Source of the DNA: Bugula neritina
Lineage: Eukaryota; Animalia; Bryozoa
DNA: 64,000 nucleotides
Reading direction: 5' to 3'
Assembly: GCA_964035545.1 (NCBI GenBank)
Contig: OZ037765.1
Location: 35,116,080 to 35,180,079 of the forward strand
Part shown: piece by piece, positions 38,401 through 49,635 of the stretch
How positions within the stretch are numbered: position 1 is the first letter of the stretch
Layout: each line of letters begins with the position of its first letter
Position numbers and translations under genes: made by a program
The notes under the pieces: model-generated
Seen by the model: only the letters and a program-made list of their open reading frames with translations
The model's database searches: none
What the model was told of the DNA's origin: nothing

Positions 38401-41400
38401 GTATACAGAGTGTACAGAGTATACAGAGTGTACAGAGTATACAGAGTAGAGTATACAGAGTAGAGTATACAGAGTAGAGTATACAGAGTAGAGTATACAG
38501 AGTAGAGTATACAGAGTAGAGTATACAGAGGAGAGTATACAGAGTAGAGTATACAGAGTATACAGAGTAGAGTATACAGAGTATACAGAGTGTACAGAGT
38601 ATACAGAGTGTACAGAGTATACAGAGTATACAGAGTAGACAGAGTATACAGAGTACACAGAGTATACAGAGTACACAGAGTATACAGAGTATACAGAGGA
38701 GAGTATACAGAGTATACAGAGTATACAGAGTGTACAGAGTGTACAGAGTAGAGTATACAGAGTAGAGTATACAGAGTAGAGTATACAGAGTAGAGTATAC
38801 AGAGTAGAGTACACAGAGTAGAGTATACAGAGTATACAGAGTAGAGTATACAGAGTATACAGAGTAGACAGAGTATACAGAGTATACAGAGGAGAGTCTA
38901 CAGAGTAGACAGAGTAGACAGAGGAGAGTATACAGAGTATACAGAGTATACAGAGTGTACAGAGTGTACAGAGTATACAGAGGAGAGTATACAGAGGAGA
39001 GTCTACAGAGGAGAGTATACAGAGTATACAGAGTAGAGTATACAGAGTATACAGAGTATACAGAGTATACAGAGTAGAGTATACAGAGTCTACAGAGTAG
39101 ACAGAGTAGACAGAGGAGAGTATACAGAGTATACAGAGTATACAGAGTGTACAGAGTGTACAGAGTATACAGAGTATACAGAGGAGAGTATACAGAGGAG
39201 AGTCTACAGAGGAGAGTATACAGAGTAGAGTATACAGAGTAGAGTATACAGAGTATACAGAGTAGAGTATACAGAGTATACAGAGTAGACAGAGTATACA
39301 GAGTATACAGAGTGTACAGAGTATACAGAGTAGAGTATACAGAGTAGAGTATACAGAGTAGAGTATACAGAGTAGAGTATACAGAGTAGAGTATACAGAG
39401 TAGAGTATACAGAGTATACAGAGTAGAGTATACAGAGTATACAGAGTAGACAGAGTATACAGAGTATACAGAGGAGAGTCTACAGAGTATACAGAGTAGA
39501 CAGAGGAGAGTCTACAGAGGAGAGTATACAGTGTGAACACAACTCTAACAAGTAGAGAGAGAGGAGACATCTCAACTGGTCTGATGAGTTTGAGAGTTTC
39601 CTACAAGAAGCTGCCAGAAGAAGCTGTCAGCACGAGATGACGTATGACTCACGCCGTGCCAACTTGTCACCAACTGGTTCTCTTCCCTCAGGAGGCAGAG
39701 CTGGGAAAAGTGAATCAACGTTAACCAACTGCAACTCTTAGAAAGCCCGTGTCCAACATTACAGCTAGCAGAGACGTGTGGCTGCCAAACAGCTTGTAAG
39801 ATGACAGCTGATTGGCTGCGACACGCAGTTGGCAGTCAACTGCATCTCACTAACTACTCATTTCTCACTCAACTTTGACGCAACCAGACAGTAGTGAAGT
39901 GAAGTTTCTGACGGCAAGTAAAGTGTGTGGACTGAGAAGTGGGAGGAGCTATGCACAGGAAGTGTGTGGGTTTCCTGCAGACGAGAGAAAGATGATGAAT
40001 AGAGATGCTGTGACACTGTGGGTGTGATGGATTGCAGACGTCTTAAGACAGTTCTGGAATGTTCCATGTCAAGTATTACATCATCAGATGACAAGATTTG
40101 CCAAGGAAAGTTTCATAAAAACTATCAGCCATGTTTCATACTCAACTGTTGAGGGGAAAGTTAGTTACTATTCTTAAGATATTCTGCTAGAAACACGACC
40201 CAGAATACCTGAGAGATGACTCGCTGTACGTCTGCTACACTGTAGCCTGAGTTCTCTGCTACACCGTAGCCTGAGTTCTCTGCTACACCGTAGACTGAGT
40301 TCTCTGCCTTAGCCCTAAGCCTCTTGCCAATACACGACTTAGGAGTTGTCGCTTCCACTTCTGAGTCAGCGAGCAATGTTGGCTGGCAGCAGAGGTGATC
40401 TCCTGAGGGCAGACAGCAGGTTTGATGGCGGCAGCGTTCACTAAACACCAACAAGTGACATAATATTATGATGAATATATACCATTACTATATACTGTAC
40501 TGTGACACAGAGTAGAAGTACATGTAAGATATACTGTACTGTGACACAGAGTAGAAGTACATGTAAGATATACTGTACTGTGACACAGAGTAGAAGTACA
40601 TGTAAGATATACTGTACTGTGACACAGAGTAGAAGTACATGTAAGATATACTGTACTGTGACACGGAGTAGAAGTTACTTCACTATTTATGTCTGGCAGG
40701 AAATCAATCAATTATCAAAAATTTAAGGAATAATAACTGTCAGGAGAAGAAAGTGTGAACACACGACCGTACAGTGAAGGCAGACAGACAGACAGACAGA
40801 CAGAGAGAGAGGAGGTGATGGATTACACAGACAGACAGACAGACAGCACCCAGACACATGAATTTAACTCCTCTACATCACACGACACTCAGAGTGAATA
40901 AATCACCACAATATATAATATATGACCTGCTCAACACACCACAAAATATTTACTTGATTCTCAATAGACTTTCTCCACAGTTTCTATTTCCACACCATGT
41001 CGCGTCACGTTACAACACGTCATGTCACGCCACACCACGTCATGTCATGTCACAGCACGTCACGTCACAGCACGCCACGTCACAGCTGAACTTACTTGTG
41101 GTGCTGCCGAGTACGCAGACAGGAAGTGAGGGACTGTTGAATTATGGGACAGGTACAGACTCTGTTTCCAGAAGGAGGATGGGGGGCGGAAGGGTGGATA
41201 CTGGCCCCTATGGGGTCAACCTACACAAGTTATAGTCATAAGTTACAGAGTGGAGATAACTCCTGAATATATACACAATACTAATAGTACTAACAGTGTA
41301 TATATTATATATGATATAGTACTAACAGTATACATATTATATATGATATAGTACTAACAGTATATATATTATATATGATATAGTACTAACAGTATATATA

Positions 41401-44400
41401 TTATATATGATATAGTACTAACAGTATGCATATTATATATGATATAGTACTAACAGTATATATATTATATATGATATAGTACTAACAGTATATATATTAT
41501 ATATGATATAGTACTAACAGTATATATATTATATATGATATAGTACTAACAGTATATATATATTATATATGATATAGTACTAACAGTGTATATATTATAT
41601 ATGATATAGTACTAACAGTATATATATATTATATATGATATAGTACTAACAGTATATATATTATATATGATATAGTACTAACAGTATATATATTATATAT
41701 GATATAGTACTAACAGTATATATATTATATATGATATAGTACTAACAGTGTATATATTATATATGATATAGTACTAACAGTATATATATTATATATGATA
41801 TAGTACTAACAGTATATATATTATATATGATATAGTACTAACAGTATATATTATATATGATATAGTACTAACAGTATATATATTATATATGATATAGTAC
41901 TAACAGTATATATATATTATATATGATATAGTACTAACAGTATATATATTATATATGATATAGTACTAACAGTATACATATTATATATGATATAGTACTA
42001 ACAGTGGGCGTGGTCTGTGTGGCGGATTGTGTCAGCTCTGCGTCTGTCTGTGCCATCCTCTCTACTCCTCCCGGGACACCTGATGGCGTTCGAACTTCCT
42101 GTTTTCCTGATGTTTCCTGTTGCACGCAGACTGCAGGGCTTAGCCGAGGTCCCACAGCTTCCTGTTTGGGTTGAGGGGGTTTAAACGAGACTATCTGGTC
42201 TCTTAGTCTTTCAGAAGACATCTGCAAACAGCAGTTCAATTTAAATAAAATTATAAACAAAATTTTTAGTAACTGAAAGTATTTTATAAAATACTTTCAT
42301 CTCCGACCAATCAAAGTGACCGACTCATCAATGCTTGGCAGGAGTACCTGGTACTGAGTGTCAGTAGCAGACGTATGCTGAGAGTACCTGGTACTGAGTG
42401 TCAGTAGCAGACGTATGCTGAGAGTACCTGGTACTGAGTGTCAGTAGCAGACGTATGCTGAGAGAACCTGGCACTGAGTGTCAGTAGCAGACGTATGCTG
42501 AGAGTACCTGGTACTGAGTGTCAGTAGCAGACGTATGCTGAGAGTACCTGGTACTGAGTGTCAGTAGCAGACGTATGCTGAGAGTACCTGGTACTGAGTG
42601 TCAGTAGCAGGCGTATGCTGAGAGTACCTGGCACTGAGTGTCAGTAGCAGACGTATGCTGAGAGTACCTGGTACTGAGTGTCAGTAGCAGACGTATGCTG
42701 AGAGTGTTTGGCTCGTAGCTCCGCCTCCTCCACTCTCCTCCTCGCCAGCTCCACCCTCCGTCTCAGTCTCCACTGGTACAGGATGTCACTCTCTGCGTCA
42801 GCCTGTCTGCTGCCTCTGTTCACCTTGTCTGCAGTGATGACTGGCCTAGTCTCTGAAGTGAGCAGACAGAGAAACAGGTTGGAACTCATTGGAAAACTAT
42901 GAGGTAATTACAAGTAAGGACAACTTTTCAAAACGAGAGTGTATACTGAATCTGGTTACCTGATGGAGGAATATACAAGCTACAAGCTACTAGTTACTAG
43001 TTACTATTTACTACCTACTAGTTACTAGTTGCTATTAGTTATTACTAACTACTAGTATGAGCAGAGAAGTATACTGACTGTTAGACACAGTGTCTCTGTA
43101 CAGTACTGGTCTCACACTATCCTCTTCAGGTGTGCTGTGATACACGTGTTTATAATCAGTGCGAGTGAGAGATGAGAGAGACGAGACATCACTGGTACCA
43201 ACCCCGTCTGACGAGACAATGCCGTGTGACGCTACAACGCCGTGTGACGAGACAGTACTAGGACTTGCATCACTGAGAGAGAATAAACACATTACGTAAC
43301 CTTCACCCATATAATAATATAATAAACTATTCCATCAACTTGTTCAGAATAACTGACTAGATTGACTAACCGTAACAAAGTCACCACCTAAATGTGGTGT
43401 TTTATATGTTTTCTATTTCAATGACCTTCACCCTGGGTATGCAGACCTGGGTACACACTGGGTATGCAGACCCGTGTATTGTGGCTAGGCTACTATTACT
43501 GGGAGAACAACTCCCAACTCTAACAAAACATTCCACATTTCCTTAAACAATACAGTATATAATATATATAATATATAGAGAGGGCAGGCACCTTTGTTCT
43601 AATAGCTGATTGGTTCTCTCCACAAGGGCTTTAGTCTTTGGGGTGGAAGGCTCAAAACTGATCCGCTTACCTCCCTACAATAGACTTCCTTATAAGAGCA
43701 TTATATTGATTCAATATCTCACATATTCATTCTAACTATTTAACAGCCAACATCCTCTAGACGTGGGAGGTCTTGCCGTTTACAAACAATTGATGAGGAA
43801 TTATCCCCCCTGCTGAATCTGATGAGAAGAACTATTGCAGAGTTACCTTGGGTGTGTCTGACACTCTGGTAGGAGTGCTACTGTCGCTGGACACACAGAG
43901 CTCTCCGCTACTCTCCCGTGTGGCTGCCACACTAGAGTTCTGGTCCCCAACTCCTTCTGAACTGCTAGCAAAGTCTATTTTAGCCTGAGCACCACCACTG
44001 CCAGACTGTGTGGGCCCAGTAGTCGTCCCCCACCAGAACTCACTGTGAGAGGGCGCTCTGCGGTCTTCCCTTCTCCGGGGAGGGGCGGTACGAAACCGCC
44101 TCAAATACCTGTCCAGGAGAAAGAGAGCTAAATACACTCTAGTCCACACACTAACAGCTAGCAGTGCAGCACAGCTAGCAGTGCAGCACAGCTAGCAGTG
44201 CAGCACAGCTAGCAGTGCAGCACAGCTAGCAGTGCAGCACAGCTAGCAGTGCAGCACAGCTAGCAGTGCAGCACAGCTAGCAGTGCAGCACAGCTAGCAG
44301 TGCAGCACAGCTAGCAGTGCAGCACAGCTAGCAGTGCAGCACAGCTAGCAGTGCAGCACAGCTAGCAGTGCAGCACAGCTAGCAGTGCAGCACAGCTAGC

Positions 44401-45431
44401 AGTGCAGCACAGCTAGCAGTGCAGCACAGCTAGCAGTGCAGCACAGCTAGCAGTGCAGCACAGCTAGCAGTACAGCACAGCTAGCAGTACAGCACAGCTA
44501 GTGGTTAAGAAGATGTAATTATGACTCACTTAGAGAGAATGCTGTCGTCGGCAGCAGAAGGTGATATCTGAGACTGGCTGGACGCTACTTTCCCCTCTTC
44601 ACTACAGAAATCAGTTTACAGATAATGAGTATAGAAACACACAGGGGAGACAATCTACTCAGCAATACACAGGGGAGATAATCTACTCAGCAACACACAG
44701 GGGAGATAATCTACTCAGCAATACACATGGGAGATAATCTACCAATAAATGAATAATAGATACCTGAAAATGGAGGGTTTATCTGAAGAAGGCCACGACT
44801 CATCAAACTTGAGGGTGGAGGGAGGACTGGGGGTCGGGTGGTTGGGGAGACCCTTCTCAGTGTCGTAGACGTAGTCTGTCTGTCTCATGTACACCTCAGT
44901 CTCAGGAGTGACGGGCTGCTTCGTACCCGACTCCTTTTCCGGGAGTCTGTGGGGACTCATTGCTATCTGCACATGAACAGTAAAGACACTACAAATAGTT
45001 GAGACAATTCTTACAGCTTATAACTCTTACTCTTAGTACTAATACTATCACCACGATAATCAGTAATCGCTATTATAATTAGTGCTAATGCTAGTAAAAT
45101 TGAGTGGCATAAGGTGTGCATCATGTATGAGTATTAACGTATTAATATTTAAATTACTATTAAACTTAATAAAAATGTTATTATTAATATGATCATGTGT
45201 GAATTATTGTCGTTATGATTATCACTATCGTATCAGTAATGAATAATTATAATATATTTATTAATTTATACTATTATATTTAACAAGCTATTAATTATTA
45301 CTTACTTCTTTTTGTTTTTCAGATAGCTGTCGAGGCTCTGTTGGAATGTAGAAAGCTTTTACTAATGCAGGATCATTGAAATAGGATGAATAATTTGGCA
45401 TAACTTTAGCCTTTGAATTGGGTGAAAACAT
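32441..45431 (-). CDS. PROSER3: Proline and serine-rich protein 3-like, multi-exon
   Basis: Phase-consistent exons 45431-45306, 44966-44764 (FDESWPSS), 44601-44530 (DSILSK), 44108-43847 (YLRRFRTAPP..REDR..FWW), 43674-43592, 43272-43075, 42979-42960 (20 nt), 42852-42668 (DILYQWRLRRRVELA), 42221-42003, 41220-41096, 40440-40209, 37346-37025, 35240-35162 (DEEFPDDDVLVELRRKR), tentative last exon 32465-32441; motifs match my recollection of PROSER3. Confidence 0.8.
32562..32775. repeat. 35-bp tandem repeat x6
   Basis: ACATTCAGCACATAGCCAGAGTATTACATGGTCAC. Confidence 0.95.
32916..33362. repeat. Adjacent 15-bp (CAGTCACTCAGTCTC) and 35-bp (GAGAGTGAGGTAATCTACTCACAGGGTAGTGGTGA) arrays
   Basis: Direct inspection. 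Confidence 0.93.
33474..34079. repeat. 15-bp tandem repeat (CAGGGTAACACAGYA) with 270-bp higher-order period
   Basis: Rare variants recur 270 bp apart (33571/33841, 33721/33991). Confidence 0.93.
34246..35100. repeat. Degenerate (TATAC)n microsatellite
   Basis: Direct inspection. Confidence 0.95.
35857..36155. repeat. 16-bp tandem repeat (TATGTTATAGTATGTG)
   Basis: Direct inspection. Confidence 0.93.
36611..36980. repeat. Minisatellite (ATGTAACTGTGTGACT)
   Basis: Direct inspection; same unit at 20105-20337. Confidence 0.93.
37064..37275 (-). repeat. Coding 27-bp tandem repeat x8 (SSHDQLPAx) in a PROSER3 exon
   Basis: In-frame within exon 37346-37025. Confidence 0.85.
38039..39531. repeat. 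1.5-kb compound 9/14-bp repeat (AGAGTATAC)
   Basis: Direct inspection. Confidence 0.97.
40490..40675. repeat. 39-bp tandem repeat ~4.7 copies
   Basis: ATATACTGTACTGTGACACAGAGTAGAAGTACATGTAAG. Confidence 0.93.
41284..42005 (-). repeat. ~32-bp tandem repeat ~23 copies containing the ACT|GTTAGT donor
   Basis: First copy overlaps the exon end at 42003. Confidence 0.95.
42342..42705 (-). repeat. 40-bp tandem repeat x9 spanning an exon end and donor
   Basis: Minus-strand unit GTACTCTCAGCATACGTCTGCTACTGACACTCAGTACCAG. Confidence 0.95.
44154..44501. repeat. 17-bp tandem repeat x20 (ACAGCTAGCAGTGCAGC)
   Basis: Direct inspection. Confidence 0.97.
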
Positions 45432-45985
45432 GGTACAACTGATAAATATCAATTGATTAGATACTGCTCTTGTACTAAAAATGTTTTATTCAGGCTCAAT
45501 ACCAATTATTTATCTTATCTATCAACATAAAGTCAAGATGAAGAAGAACTAAAGATAGTATCGCACAGTAAATGTAATACTAATACTAGTAATAGTTATT
45601 GTGATTGTAAAAATGGGTTGGCCATAACCTTGGATTTGAACTTGGTGCGTGGCCTATTGTAACACCAAATCTACTTAAAAATTTTGCTCAACATTTAATT
45701 CAATCGATGCATTGAAAAAATGAATTCTAATTTTTTTGTTGTATTGATTTCAAAAACAATTTATTTCATATTTTATGTTGAGAAAAACTTGACTTTGATA
45801 CTAATAAAAGACCGCAAATGAATTAGGTATAATATTACTAATCACATTTTTTTTGCATTTCTGTGTACTTCGTCGAGGATACTACTTCTTTACTAACAAT
45901 AACAATCAATTTAAATATTAACCTCAAGTGTTTGGATTCAATTTTAGAACTTTCTTACTGGCCATTAACATTTATTAAATTTAGA
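45432..45985. promoter_or_regulatory. Probable bidirectional promoter PROSER3 / PFDN2
   Basis: Divergent start codons at 45431 (-) and 45986 (+), 554 bp apart. Confidence 0.65.
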
Positions 45986-48900
45986 ATGGCTACGGAGACC
46001 AAAAGCAAAGTGCCAAATCAAGAACAAATAATAAATGGATTTAATCAATTACGAAATCAACAAAGACAAATCGTTATGAAGATTTCCGAAATCACAGATG
46101 AAAGAAAGGAACACCAGTAAGAGCACTAGTTTATTAAATTGTTTTTAAGGAAAATTAGGCAGTCACTGCGTTTAAGCTGAATGTTTTAAAATTTATCCGT
46201 AGAAAATACTATGCTAAGCCTAATACTAATAGTAATACTAATAGTCATACTAAATCTAATACTAAGTCTAATAGACTAATACTAATAGTTATAGTAATAG
46301 CCAATACTGCAATAAGCAATACCTGTCGATACCTGTCGATGTTATTTCCACACTGGACCTCCCTAGAGGGAAGAAGGGGTGTGCCTCATATAAAAAACTA
46401 AGTTGTCAGTACTTGGGCAGTAGTCTGAAAAGTGTTAACATTCTTGTGCAGATTAACTTAACAGGCTAACTAGCCTGTCTATGTGTGATCAGTGCTGATC
46501 CTCATATCTCTTATCATTCTTGGGAGAAAACTGTAAAGATACCCATTCCTGTTCGTATAGGTTATACTTATACTTATACGTTATAGACGTACTCATAGTC
46601 ATAGTAAAAGTAAATATAATACTTATATAAATGTAGATACTAATACAATTAATATTACATTTACTGAGTGATACTAATAAAATTTAGTAGTTTAAGTAAT
46701 AAATATAATAGTAATGATTTTGAATATATTTATATAAGGTCATCATAATGATTATGGTAATACTAGTAGGTCTAGGATAACTGGATAAATGGTTTCATCC
46801 CGGATAGATGCTTCCCAGTTAGAGGCTAGGCTAAGTTTGCCACTTGGATGCTATTTTTATTTTGATACCTGTATATAACTGTTGTATTGATTGCTAAATA
46901 GCTACTGTGCTTATAGCTATAATAGCTAATATAAGCTATTTGTAATAATAGTCCTACTTTCACGGATTTGTGTGGGACAAACAAAACAGTAATATATTAA
47001 TAAAAGGCACTATCTTTAATGATTACTTAATAACTAAATAACTTCAGACAGCAAGAAGTATAGAACATGCAGAAAAATGAGTCAATGCAGGTCAAAGGAA
47101 TTTATTTATGTGCTAAATAACAAGCAATTGATCCTAGTTTAATTAAATATAGGTATATTTCAATAATATTCAAATAAATTGCACATAAAATATATATTGT
47201 ACCAAAATAAATAATCTATGTAGGAAGCGTTTATGTGGGAAATTTAGCTTAGTGTCTAACTGGAATGACACTGGATAAAAGAGACGACTTTTACTTTTGC
47301 TTCTAGTTTTACTTTTAGTTTTATTAAATCTAATGCTTTGAAATACTGTCAATCTTAGTCTTGGAGTTACTTTTTACTCTTGCAGTGTTGATGACTTACA
47401 CTTGCACAGTTACTGTTACAGTATCAATTCCAATTCTCAATTAACATTGTTATGATATTCACATTGAATTTGATGATCATTTGATGATTATGATACTAAT
47501 ATGGTAATTACTCGTTAAGAGTTTGCTTAATTTGGACCAAGTTTGGCTTAATATATTGGCTGTACCAGGATCTGAATTTAGTGGGTCAGCTGTTGATATG
47601 TCGTCTCTCTCACTGAGTTATTACTATGAGTATATATTTGATTTTCCTAATGGATATAAGGCCAAATACTTTAACTCGTGTTCTAATCATCCTGAGAATG
47701 TTCATTGCTGTGATTTCAGTGGGAGTTGATAAGCTCTCTATTAAGATGATTAGATATTAAAAGCAAGTGTTGTTATAATTGGTTTAATAGATTATTATAA
47801 CAGCATTTTGAAATTATTTAACTAGTAAATACCATTTGACATATTATATATACTTATTGTGTTTCCCCGAACACTTTGTATATGGCTGATGAGTTAGTAG
47901 GATGTAGACCTAGTTGACATAAACTTGAGTGTGATATCTTCTATTGTTTCTTTACCTGCTGCTGTTTGTTGTGAGACTTTACCTGCTGTGTTTGTTGTGA
48001 GACTTTACCTGCTGTGTTTGTTGTGAGACTTTACCTGCTGTGTTTGTTGTGAGACTTTACCTGCTGTGTTTGTTGTGAGACTTTACCTGCTGTGTTTGTT
48101 GTGAGACTTTACCTGCTGTGTTTGTTGTGAGACTTTACCTGCTGTGTTTGTTGTGAGACTTTACCTGCTGTGTTTGTTGTGAGACTTTACCTGCTGTGTT
48201 TGTTGTGAGACTACCTGCTGTGTTTGTTGTGAGACTTTACCTGCTGTGTGTGTTGTGAGACTTTACCTGCTGTGTTTGTTGTGAGACTTTACCTGCTGTG
48301 TTTGTTGTGAGACTTTACCTGCTGTGTTTGTTGTGAGACTTTACCTGCTGTGTTTGTTGTGAGACTTTACCTGCTGTGTGTGTTGTGAGACTTTACCTGC
48401 TGTGTTTGTTGTGAGACTTTACCTGCTGTGTTTGTTGTGAGACTTTACCTGCTGTGTTTGTTGTGAGACTTTACCTGCTGTGTTTGTTGATAGGATGGTG
48501 TACGAAACACTGAAAGACACTGAGAAGGACAGAGCTTGCTTCAGAATGGTGGGCGGAGTCTTGGTTAAACTGACAGTTGGAGAAGTTGTGCCCTCTCTAC
48601 AGAACACTATTGAGCAGGTGAGTGGCTCAATTCAGAGTATTCGCTCAGTTACTCATTCACTCACTCTCTCACTAACTCACTCTCTCTCTCATTCACTCAC
48701 TCTCTCACTAACTCACTCTCTCTCTCACTCACTCATTCACTCACTCTCTCACACTCTCACTCTCTCACTAACTCATTCACTCACTCAGTCAGTTACTCAC
48801 TAACTCACTCACTCATTCACTCACTCTCTCACTCTCTCACTAACTCACTCTCTCACTCACTCTCTCTCTCACTCACTCATTCACTCACTCTCTCACTCTC

Positions 48901-49635
48901 TCACTCACTCACTCACTCACTCTCTCACTCTCTCACTAACTCATTCACTCACTCTCTCACTCTCTCACTAACTCACTCTCTCACTCACTCAATCACTCAC
49001 TCACTCGCTCATTCTCTCTCATTCACTCACTCGCTCGCTCGCACGCTCACTCGCACACTCACACACTCACTCTCCATTAATCGCTCATCCATATATTTAT
49101 TAATTTATAGATGGGTAAACTGTTAGATATATTTATAGATGGGTAAACTGTTAGATATATTTATAGATGGGTAAACTGTTAGATATATTTATAGATGGGT
49201 GAACTGTTAGATATATTTATAGATGGGTGAACTGTTAGATATATTTATAGATGGGTAAACTGTTAGATATATTTATAGATGGGTAAACTGTTGGATATAT
49301 TTATAGATGGGTAAACTGTTGGATATATTTATAGATGGGTAAACTGTTAGATATATTTATAGATGGGTAAACTGTTAGATATATTTATAGATGGGTAAAC
49401 TGTTGGATATATTTATAGATGGGTAAACTGTTAGATATATTTATAGATGGGTAAACTGTTGGAGATGTTTGACAAGCAACTAGAAGAAAAGGGCAAGGAG
49501 CTATTAGAATACAGAGAGAAACATGACCTCAAAATACAAGGCGAAGGGACAAATCCCGGCCCTTCACAGCCCAGCACTGATGTGGCAGCAAAAGGTGACA
49601 GTTCAAAGTCAACTGGCGTCCTGGTGACATCATGA
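45986..49635 (+). CDS. PFDN2: Prefoldin subunit 2 (3 coding exons, 147 aa)
   Basis: Exons 45986-46116 (QIINGFNQLRNQQRQI..KISE..EH), 48494-48617 (ETLK...DRACFRMVGGVLVKLTVGEVVPSL), 49447-49635 (QLEEKGKELLEYREKH...STGVLV); phases 2 and 0 consistent. Confidence 0.95.
47950..48489. repeat. 26-bp tandem repeat x20 ending 4 nt before PFDN2 exon 2
   Basis: TGTTTGTTGTGAGACTTTACCTGCTG. Confidence 0.96.
48650..49074. repeat. Degenerate (CTCA/CT)n microsatellite
   Basis: Direct inspection. Confidence 0.93.
49103..49462 (+). repeat. 28-bp tandem repeat with 13 copies of the PFDN2 exon-3 acceptor
   Basis: Unit ATATATTTATAG|ATGGGTAAACTGTTRG; ATG at 49111 + n x 28 up to 49447. Confidence 0.96.

Noticed and set aside
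33390-39570. 213-505 aa ORFs (CAVLP, YYTIL, LYTLY repeats)
   Set aside because: Stop-poor simple repeats with no splice or coding context
15003-49462. CRISPR-like appearance of 25-47 bp direct repeats
   Set aside because: Head-to-tail copies with no unique spacers, no cas genes, eukaryotic intronic context
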